Shown: in pieces, positions 12,366 through 23,600 of the stretch
Layout: each line of letters begins with the position of its first letter
How positions within the stretch are numbered: the stretch's first letter is position 1
NCBI GenBank assembly: GCA_002269645.1
Contig: NIVC01001131.1
Location: 1-64,000 of the forward strand
DNA: 64,000 nucleotides
From: Macrostomum lignano
Lineage: Eukaryota
Direction: 5' to 3'
Program-made: the position numbers and the translations under genes
Notes under the pieces: model-generated
Told to the model about the DNA's origin: nothing
What the model saw: the letters and a program-made list of their open reading frames with translations, nothing else
Database searches by the model: none

Positions 12366-12595
12366 CAGTAATTATACCTAAGGACCATCCGGTACAGCAA
12401 TCTGCCGCCGGCAACGTCGACCGACGTTTCTGACATGTATCGACGTTGCTGGCGCTGGTCACTTTTATATCACACGACGTTCCTCCGACGCATAACGTCG
12501 TTTGCCGTCGATTTAATGTAAAAATACACATTTGCTAGCGACGTCCATCGACATCGACGATGCGTCGGCGAGCGTCGGAATGCTTTGCGGGTGTA
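12366..12595. mobile_element. Degenerate CpG-rich inverted-repeat (MITE-like) element
   Basis: The ends are loosely inverted (ATCCGGTACAGCAATCTGCCGCCGGCAACG versus the reverse complement of CGTCGGCGAGCGTCGGAATGCTTTGCGGGT). Many CGACG/CGTCG motifs in an AT-rich context; no TSD seen. Confidence 0.35.
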
Positions 12596-13291
12596 AGATC
12601 TCAATTTTCAGCAAAATTTTGAATTTTCAAATAAAAATCATTCACAGAGACAGAAAGTAGCGAGAAAATTTTACAAAAAATTGAAGACGCAATGAAAAAA
12701 GATAAATCTATAGGGCTCAACAAAATATTACACGCATAAAATTTGTGAGAAAAGCTTATCTGTTTGTGGACTTAACACAGCAACTTTGCTATAGTTGAGA
12801 TTTACTTGCCACGTACTAATCATTGGCAGCTTGCTTGGGCAATGCGAGTTTTTTATTTTTAATCATACAAAATAATCAAATGGCATACACTAAATTAGAT
12901 AGCGCATCCAGCGATTCCAAAAATGATTTGCAAAAAAAACTATTTAACACTCGAATGTAATTCAAGCATGCAGTTTCATAACTTTTTATGCACCAGCAAT
13001 ATTTTTTTGTAAGTAGTGTCAAAGCTGAACTATTTGTCGTCGGAACTATAGAAGTCTTTATCAACTATCTTTGCATTTGAATTCAACATTATTTGCACCT
13101 TTATTGGCTTAAAAATGTGTAATTCATTAATTAATTCACATGTAGTACACCTACCTATAAAATATCATGAGATTTCACAGCATTGTGTCGTCATCCCTTT
13201 TAGCAGTTTTACTAAATTAATTAGTTCCGATTCTTGGACAAGTGGCAAGTTGAGTGCTTAATAATGTGCAAAACGTTAACCTTAGATTTAG

Positions 13292-14616
13292 TCAGCATGC
13301 ACTCTTCCAAATCGTTGTAGCTGAAGTAGACGCTCCGCCTTCGGTTGAGTGCCTCGACGGCTGTTGTGTCAGTGGTACAGATACAGATGCTGAGGCTAAG
13401 CCAACACCGCTGCTATTCTTCTGTCGTCGACTTCCAAGAAGTCTGCGACCAGCCGCCGCGGAGACCGTTTCTGCATCTTCCTCTTCAGAACTGTCGTCCA
13501 AAGCTCTATTAGTGAAGCTGAGTCGATGCTGCAATGGAGGTGCCTGAGCTGGGGAAATATCACGTCGGAGATGCACTCCTCGACGAGGGTGCTGCGGCTG
13601 TTGCTGCATAGTCGAGGGAGGTGGCGGAGGCGGAGGCGGCGGTAGTGCCCTGGCGGGCTGGAAGAATATTGAATCGTCATCTTCCTCCTCAACGCAGACG
13701 TCGTATCGACCACCATGCGAGCCAGATGCCCGATCATCTTCATCTTCTTCGGCTTCGAAATCGTCTTCCTCTTCGTCGTCCAGATCGATTAGCCGTCGGG
13801 CAGGGGGCGGAGGCGGACTAGGCACCGATGCTATTCGGAACTCCATCGGTTCGCCACCATATTTACTCGCAACCCCTCCATGCTGATTCTTAAAATAGTT
13901 CTCCTCGTTGCACTCGCCGCACTCGTTTTCGTGGATCTGGGCGTGGGTGACGCGACGGACACCTGAGCTAATAAAAGAACTAGGCGGCGATCGTTGACGA
14001 CTTTGCTGATTGCGTCGTCGGTTGTGTCGTGGGCGACCAAGGCTCGGATCTGCAGAGGACTCAGGGCGGACCGGCGAGGTTGGCGACTCGGCATGCGATT
14101 GTGTGCGGACGAGCTCGATGTCCGGTGCCGATTGCGGACCATGTTGCGGGCCGATGCTCTGAGTCAGGTAGCGATATGTGACTCGCTTGGGCACGCGTGG
14201 ACCCAGGTCGCTGTAGTTTCGAGTTAACGACTTCTTCTGCTGCTTGGACTGACAGTCCTGGAGGATGGAGCGAAGGCCAGCAAGGCCGGAAGATTTTTGG
14301 GTCTGTTGCGGGGTTTGAGACGGCTGCGTATCACTATCGACACTGCCACCGCCCGAGGAGCTGAGAAGAGGGCGCGCACTACTGCTGCTAATATTTCCGC
14401 CGCCACCACCTCCATGGTCACCGCCTCCGTTGTCGTCGTCGCCACCTCCACCGCCGCCTTCACTTCCAGCTGCACCACCACCTTCACCGTCATCTTCTCC
14501 TTCGTCAGCGTCATTCGGGCGGCAACAGGGACACCTTCGATGCCGCAGAACATAGCTCGCCTGTCCTCCTTGTACATGTCAATGAGAAGCTCGAGCTTTC
14601 GTTCAATGTCTTCCAC
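13292..14616 (-). CDS. KCNQ: KCNQ terminal exon (helix D plus long acidic/Gly/Pro-rich tail), with an apparent 1-nt deletion near 14510-14560
   Basis: Begins [18 protein letters not shown]. The exon is 1325 nt (3n-1); a shifted frame runs open into ORF 13292-14194. Confidence 0.85.
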
Positions 14617-17600
14617 CTGGTTATCAGAAGATCAAATGTGTTAAACTATTATTTTTTCAATTAACTTTGAGTGCTAATCAATCCCAAAAAGTATATTTTC
14701 AATCTACTTACGGATCTCTCTACTTTAACGATTCGTGAAGCTAGGCTGACTTTACTCTCGTAAACATCTTTGTCTTTGCTTCCCTGACGGCCCAGAATTT
14801 GGTCGAGCCTGCGCAGTAGGTCAGTGGTATCTATGTGAAATTTTATTCATTCTTACACTTACATGTACTTAGACCTGCACTTTTGAAGTACGCCATGACA
14901 ATATACAAGCGTATAGAACGTGCTAACTTTTGCTATCGCTCTAGATAAGACTTTAGACATTCAAAATAAGACTGCATAGGATCGCAAGCAAGGCCAGGCT
15001 AGCCACGGCCAGAGCAAGCCCAGTCTTGGCTGCAGGAATGGCTTGGCCATAGACTAAAAAATGGAATATCAAAATGAGAATAAGACGCTCAATATGAGAC
15101 CAGGAGTGTGAAAGCCTTCAGATATCGCTCTAACCCTCTGACCCTCAGCCAGCTCTCCTTCTTCACCCCTTGGGTTGCATCTGACCCCTTGGATTTCACT
15201 GTGATGGCACCATCGATTTCTGCAGCAGACCGTCAGCGTCTGATCGACGCAGTAAACAATGGATCAACCATCCTAGCTAGCTGTTTGTATGGTGACTGCC
15301 AAAAAGCAAATAAATTACGTTCACTCCCGGTCTCATATTGAGCGTCTTATTCTCATTTTGATATTCCATTTTTTAGTCTATGGCCAAGCCATCCCTGCAG
15401 CCAAGACTGGGCTTGCTCTGGCCGTGGCTAGCCTGGCCTTGCTTGCGATCCTATGCAGTCTTATTTTGAATGTCTAAAATCTTATCTAGAGCGTCAAAAG
15501 CGATACTGCTTTAAAATTAACCTAATTAAATAAATGAAAAAGTGAATACCTGAGTTGGAGCACCTTGATTCTTGCCAGCATGTCAACATGCCCCGCCGAG
15601 TATTGTTCAATTACATCTTTAACGTCGTAAGGGCGAAGGGCTTCACGAAATTTTCGCCTAGCAACAAAGTATTTGACTTTTCGAATTACTCGAATGGCAT
15701 TTTTGTGCATCTCCGTTAGTTTCATCGGCGTTTCTTCGTCTAAAAAGTGAAAACAAAATTGATTTAAAGCACGCGCATTGATTAATACCAGGAATAAGGG
15801 AATTCTTTCTGCTTTGAGAATATTTGTAAAAATTTTTTTACCAAAAGCAAAAGCAAGTTTAGTCTCAAAAAAGCGGAGCTAGCCTATCGGAAATTTGACT
15901 TCGTATTTAGCCATTCAATCGTTAAATTAAAAGCCGGTAAATACTGATCGCTTACCATCTTCTTTCTGAGAAATGGAGGTCAGTGATGGCTGCGGCTCTA
16001 GACCACCTCCAGGAGTGTCGGATATTGCCAAAGAGACGTGGCTTCTGCAAAAGATACAAAAATGTACACTTTACTTTACGTTTTTATGTAAAATATGTTT
16101 ACTTGTGTTTTGCGGAAGACACTTATGTTTTCATGAATACAATCTTTAAATAGCAAATAAAATTGACGTATTTAAAATATGAAATTGCGTCCCATACTCG
16201 TAGTAAAGAATTGGCCAAAGCGTTAAAATAGGCCCTCATTTGTCAATTCAAAGAGGCTCTTGCTGCAGTCCAATAAGCGAAGCATAATAATTGCCTTATA
16301 GATATTTTGTTAAATATTATCGTTTTGGCATGCTCTCAATTAAAAATTAATACGCTCAAAACACTAGAAATTTTGTAGCCATGTTGCACTGCTAGTGATA
16401 TATCAATTATTAATAATGCGTACGTATATTGATACTGTTAATAAACATATAAGTAGTTCAGTTGATAGTTTTTATTACTAAGGCAGATATAAAAAATCAG
16501 TGGCAGTAGTGAGTGAACACAAGTATTATATGCGTCATTAATAATTGCTGTCGCGCAAGGAGAAATAATAAAAACAAACTATAATCTAAGCAAGGAAAAG
16601 TTTCCTGTCACAATTTTTCAGTGATATTTTGCTTTTAGTATGGCTGTAAATATTATTTTCGTTTTGTTTCTATCAAAGGGAGTGTTTGTTATTTATATAT
16701 TTTTGAAATTTTTTGCTCGAGAATTCACCGCCATCGATCACCTAAATGAAGTTGCCAGATCGGCAAACTTGCGAATCACGGATCGTTTCCGGGTTTTTGC
16801 CAAACCGCGCCTTCGCTGCTGCTCCGCGTCTTCGTCAGTCAGCTGCATGGACTCGTCTATTGACGAAGCATCGCTGGCTGGAGCGAGGACTGCAGCTGTG
16901 GCTGCAGTGGCTTCGGCTTCGGAAGTCACTGCATCACCGACGACAAATGACGACTGACTGTCAGCGTGCGAGAAGGGAATCACGTTGGGTGGTTGATTTG
17001 ATCTAGTAAATAATTGCAAACTAGCAAATTTGGTCTAGCTGATCGGTCTGACTCTAGCAAATAATTTTCCATATTATTTGTTACAAAAGCGTTGTTTTCG
17101 ACATAATCATCGTTATATAGATAAAAATTTCTTTTTATGTGACTTTTAACACTTAGGCTCGTCGCTCAATGGTATTTTATAGTATGGAGAGTTTTAGGTA
17201 TACATGTACATGTAAAACCAGGTAAGATAGATAGATAAAAAATTTAATAGTATATGCTGCAACTCAAAGTTCCATTCTAACACTTTACAGAAAGCTAATA
17301 AAAAGTAAATTCTAATTTTGCTTGCGCTAAAACATTTAGAAATTTAAGTTATAAAGGATGCACAACACTGGTGTGATATTTTTATTAATTGGCGTTGGCG
17401 CAATTAGGGGAAGCGTTAGTAGAGAGAACCATGTAATCTTTAAAATTTTGTTTCATCAAAACCAAAAAAGATAAATAAATCATCACAGTAATAAGAATCT
17501 TTTTTAAATAGTTTAATAGTTCTACCAGCTGTTCAGTTTTGGTAATGAGAAACTGGATAATATTATAAAATTTCACCGAACAAAAAATTGTTAGTAAAGA

Positions 17601-20600
17601 TTAACAAACAGAAGCTAAAAGATGGAGGACAGTGTACTGTATTACTAATTGTGGTAACTCACTCTATACCAATGGAACTCTACGGAAAAAGTGTTATTTA
17701 GGCATAGCTACACATGTTTAAAAGGGCTTAAAGCTTTACGCGAAAGAAAATTTTTGGTATTTTAAAACTAATTGGACCTTTCCCATTTTTGAGTCTCAAT
17801 ATCTTTACTGCTTTGAGGAGCGTATTTCAAAAAAGGTGAAAATTTTGATTAAAAACACAGTTTCCTTTCTGAAGTAAGAGCAATAACCAAACGAACTCAC
17901 TTTCCACCCGACGAAGATGCACCGCCAGCTTCAGCCGTCACGGAGTTCGGGCTACTGGGGTCCAAGTCCGGCATGGCGTTTCGTCTAGATGGCATGTAGC
18001 CGCCGGAAGCACCGCCGCCCCCGCCGCTGCCGCCGCCACTTCCGCCACCACCACGATCGCAGGACCGCTCCGACTTGTTTCGTCTCATTGTTGGAATGCG
18101 GCCGAATTTGCTGTTAAAGTTTTTAAAAAAAATATAGTACATCCTAGCACAGTATTTCCGAGCAAAGGTTTTATTTATTAGAGAGATGAGGCTTTTTAAA
18201 GAAGTAACTACCGTCAAGTTGTAAATCAAGTAGGAGTTTTTTAGGCAAATTTTATCTCTCAGGTATTCTGAGTGCTTTTCAAGGCTTTATTTATTAGATA
18301 TCTACTGTGTTATACTCGTACATCTGTGAGAAGTGTACTTGTAATTACACAATCACTGCGTGCAGGTGCGCAATTGTGTCTCGTCTCGCAACGGTGGCAA
18401 GTTTCTATATATACTGTGTTTTTTCACGCTGTGAGAACTATAAAATTATTGCCCGTATTGACAAAAATCAGAGATCTAGATCCGAGTATCAGATAATCAT
18501 GATAAGCTTATATTAAAAAAACAAGTACTTAGTTATAATTACAACTGACTATTTTATTTTTTCTTGATCTTTCTAGCTAATGAATTGCTTAGAGTAACTT
18601 TTTTCCATGAAAATACGCTAACTAATGAGTAATAGATAAAAACTATTATATTTCATTATCTGAATAATGAAATTTCCACAGATATTTTAAATATAATACC
18701 TTCTCCAGCTGTGACCTGGGCTGATTGGCCCCTGATCATTGCTTGCTATTAGATATGGCGAACTGTTCGAAGGGTATAAATTTAGAAACAGACCATCATC
18801 ACAATCGTTACTAATTTGATATTGCTATCCATTTGCTAATCAATAAAATTTGTCAATACATAGTCATTAGTTTGAAAGACTATGATTTCCACTAAAATTT
18901 GTTTTTTACTGGCATGTGGTACTTAGTTTTACATATTACATTTAATTCGGGATTAACTGCACAAACAGAGACCTGTATATAACATGGAAGATATATAAGC
19001 AATAAAGTTTACTTTATGATTTTATAGTCTTTACACAAGGAGATCAGAATTTTTTTTTGAAACAAGTTTTTAAACATCACTCAACAGCTATAGCACCTTT
19101 TCCCACTAAAATCTGACCAGCATCAAATAATGAGGGTTCGCCCAAAGATTACCGAGCTGGCATAAAGAGTCAATTAGCTAAAATGTTAAAGCTGAACCTG
19201 AAATCCCAAATATCCGGGCTCCTTGCGGAGCATTCGTAAACAGCTGGTTACTTTCAAATATTTACCGAATATACCGAATTAGAGTAACAATACTATAACG
19301 GCGCCCGAGGATTCGCTATTTACGCCCAAAAAGCATGGTTATTATAATGTTTTTGTGCTTTAGACATTTTGCCTCAGCAAGGCTGGGGGAGAGTGAATAA
19401 AAGAGCGGGTAAATGGGGGTGTAGGGGCAAAGCCCTCACATTGCAACAGTAGACACTTTCATTTGATTAAAACGAAACTTGAAAATTTTCGGGCCTAAGT
19501 GCCCGGGATTGACTAAGTGCCCGCTGGATAAAAAGGTCATGGTACAGTCTTAATTAATATCTAGTACAAATCAACATCCATGAAGTACATTTCTACGAGC
19601 TTAGTTGCACAATTTTGTCGACGGTCAAAAAGTCGGAGTCCGAGGATTATTTACTCGTAGAACTTTGGCTTCTGCAGCTTTAGTAGCTTTATTTGCTCTC
19701 TATGTAAGTTCAATAATCTTTTGGGTTCGCCTTTGCAATTCGACTGAGCTGCTGGTAGAGTATTAAAGCATTTTAGTATGTGCCATGAAGTGAGTTCGAG
19801 CAGATGATATTAGGGCGTAAATAATCCAAAAGTATCAATTTTGACGTCGCAGCGTGCTTCGCGACCAAGCAAAGGAGATAATGTTTTTAGTTTCAGAGCA
19901 AAAAGAGCTGTGCTCAAGCAGATTAATTTCATAATAAAAATGCAAAATTAATAGACAGATACACCAATGATAAACCTTTGAATGACGTTTTATAACTTCA
20001 ACACAATTTCAACATACCGAGGCGAATCATTGAAAAAGCTGGAGAAAGCGGAATTAAAATACGCAAAATAACAAAAGAAATGCAAACAGACCGACACCGA
20101 AAGGCGAAAGTTAATAAAATTTTAGTCAACACGATAAAAAACTTTCATCAACTCCGTATGGTACTACAGCATCTGCAGCAGACACTGGATATGAATACTG
20201 TTCAAACGTACCGTCTAAAGCTCGATGTGCTGTCATGGTACAGACTTCAGTAGAAGAAGAGTAGTTTTAATAGTTGAATTATTATGTGTATTATGTTTTA
20301 CGATGGCGATGGTTATGCTGATCGAAAAATTTAGCTGCCTAATAAAATTAATTTCATTGTAAATTGTTCTCTATTTCTCGAAAAGAAATTTTTACAAAGG
20401 AAAATACGAAAATAGGAATATGGGCAGTCATTGTAATTCAGATAGCAACCTAGGTAAAGAATTTGATCTACAGCAGAATCAACGCTTGAGAGCAGACTCA
20501 GTGGTAATCAATATATATTAAGGAAACTGCTACTGCGCAAATATTATTTAATTTTAGAAATCGATCATATCCCATATTGATTTAGTTAGCATCCTAAAAA

Positions 20601-23600
20601 ACAATATTAAGTCTGTGATAATATTACAAATATTACTTTTGTAATTTAATGCTATTAGCTTCTATGCCTTGCCACCAGTGAGTGGCAGAAATTTCTCGCT
20701 CCGAAGTTCGTAATATTACAAAAGTAGGTAGAAGGCGATTTTAAACTTGAAATTTTCGACAAGACAGTGACTATCTAAAATAAAGATAAATGCGCGTTGC
20801 TCTGGTTCTTAACTCAAACAATGATGGTGCTGCGAATAATTGGATTGTCTCTAAGTTGGATTTTATGCAGAAAGGTGCTTCCGAAATAAAAATATATATT
20901 TAAATAGAACACAGAGCTTCATAGACATATTGAAACAAAAATTAGTTAATAACTAGACGATACAAGCTAAACACACTGGTAGATACATGTATTCTACAGA
21001 AAGCCCTATTTTGTGCTGCGACTAAAGACGAAGATGGCAACTTTAAAGCCATGTGCACAAAAAACTTGTGCTTAGAAGAAAATGGTTTATGTACTCGTAT
21101 CTAATTTAAGGATTTTAACGAATGCGGAAATGACTATTTTATTCGATAGAAAGATAGCCATTTTGGACTTGAAGCACAATTTCAAAAAAAGTAGTGTTCG
21201 CTTACCTGCTTGGTGATCGCATTGGTCGCATGTGCGGCTTCCAAGTGGCAACAGAGGTGCTTGACGGATCAGCGGCATAGCAACGCCATAGCGACTGGAT
21301 TAGCGTTGCAGCCGGTACCCTGCGTCTAATTAGGTGCTTTTGCCGCTGGTGTTGCTGCACTTTTAATGCGAAACCCGAGCCGAGAATTCCCTGGAATCGA
21401 GGAAAAGAACCGATAGTCTTTAAGATATATTAAAATAATTCATATTTTTTAGATAAATCTCTAAATAAGACGAAAGCAATTTTAATTAGACATTCTTCTA
21501 ACTTTTCTGAATTGCACTTTAGGCGCATATATTTAATAGTGACAGCATGTTTAATACTGTACAGGCATTTTAGTAAAAAAGGAGAGGCTTGTTTTTTAAT
21601 CCTATATTTAATTTATTGAATGAATATAAACTAACTAGGCCGTTTAATTTTTCATTAGTGATGCCAGGATGCACCAGTTTAATGCTAGCTATTTGTTAGA
21701 TACAGTGCGGTGCAAGCATAGATTGGTTAATAAACTGTCAAAACTATAACAAAATTTCAACTGAGTTAATCCTGGTAGCACCAATTAATTAACGTAAGAC
21801 AACAAGCTCGTTACAACATGCAAAAGTGTAGTCTGGCAAGCAAGGAAAAATTAATAAATAGAAGGCAGTCGCAGCAGCGGCTTACAGCTGGCAGCGCAAA
21901 GAACGATATGCCGGCAATGGAACAGAAAGAGGCAACAATTTTTCCGCTCCAAGTTTTTGGGGTCACGTCGCCATAGCCAACTGTGCACAAGGTGATCTGC
22001 AAAGGTTAATTCACATTTTTCGGGGCGTTGCTTTTCTTTACCATGGCATAATTTTTCGTTGTTTCCATTAAGGCGTTGAACTTTTTGTTTAATTCAGCAA
22101 ATTAAATAGAAAAGTTAAACTGTAAATTATATTCACTTCAACAGCGAATTGCGGCACCTTTGGCAGAATCAATCACCCGTAGATGCACAGTTGGACTATG
22201 GTTTGCGACCTGAGATTATGAGCAAAGTAGTAGTTAAAAATAAATAGGTAAAGCTACCAGTCAGCGCTTGATTAAATATTATCGATAGAGTTGCCACGAA
22301 TTTGATAAATACCCTCGTATACCCAAACAAATCCAAACAACCAGATGTCATGGTATTTACTTTGTACCTTTTACTCGTACAACCTCTCATTTACGTTTAA
22401 TAGCATTTTATAATCATTTAGCTAAGTAAATGAATCCTTTAAATTCTTAATTTTCGATCCACTCCACTTTCTATTGAATTTATGGTTACTATATCTTTTT
22501 TCGTTCTATTTGGTGCAAACTGTGTTCAATTCTATGCAACACAAGCAGCGAAAACGAGCCAAGCCGAAAGACATGGTTTTCCATAGACATGTTCAGAATA
22601 CCAGCAACCAATTTGGTCTAAATTGCATTCTATTTGGGCTTAGCTCACAATTCTCTCACGATCCTCCACCAAGCTGATTTTGGAATAAGGGTCTCTATTT
22701 TCCATGTATCAATTACTCGTGCGCGAGTTATTATTGGGTAGGCCAAATTGAACGCAGCTATTTCCAAATTGCTTTCTGCTATCTGCTAGGGCCAAACCCT
22801 AAGTTTTTGACACGCCAGACTGCTGGTGAATTTTCACCAAACTGAACGCAAATTTCACCAAATAGAGTACAAAAGGTATAATTATCTTATTTCAAGTGCT
22901 TTCAAAATATTTTGTCTATTTTTTCATTAATTACTATCCGGCATAACATTCGAGAAAAAAAAGTTAGTTAATAAGTGCTTAAGACTGTAATTATCAATAC
23001 GAGCGACTAAACAAACAGGCAAAATAGCTAGCATTATATTTAAAGCTTAAAAATGTGAAATGTCATTTGGCTATTTTTAGGCTTTTTAATTATCATTTTC
23101 ATTCTAACAAGCTTATCTCAATCAGCAACTTCATTTATCATTATAACAATCTCGATAATCTCGCCGTCTGTGTTCGTCACTTTGGGATTTCAATTTTAAT
23201 TCTTTCAGCATCTGTTGTTAAGAGTATTATTTTGTGCTGTCAACTCACCGGCGGCAAGGCAAAGAAGCTAATAATTGTCAGGCAGGCCGCGGAGCAGGCC
23301 AGTTTGCCCAGATAGGACACTGGGACAGTCTGACCATAGCCAACTGTGCACAGGGTGGTCTGCCAAAATGTTCATTGAAACAGGTAACCGCCATATCGTA
23401 ATAAAAATAGCTGTGTATTTCATCGAAATACTGTTACAGTTTGAATAGCTGCATAATTTAAAATATAAATTCAAAAATAATTCAAGAGCAAACGCGTAAC
23501 CAGCCTACTTGCAGTAGTAGGACAATACAACGCAGTATAAATATCACATCATCGCGTAAATCATGTACAAACTGAATCTAATTTGAAATAAAGTGCTACA

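Noticed and set aside
14224-14510. Val/Ala-rich KCNQ C-terminus as given by the ORF track
   Set aside because: It is the shifted reading of a Gly/Asp-rich frame that stays open to 13292; a 1-nt error is more parsimonious.
22156-22213. A third functional pore exon
   Set aside because: It is in the opposite orientation, has insertions that break the frame, and covers only the exon 5' end.
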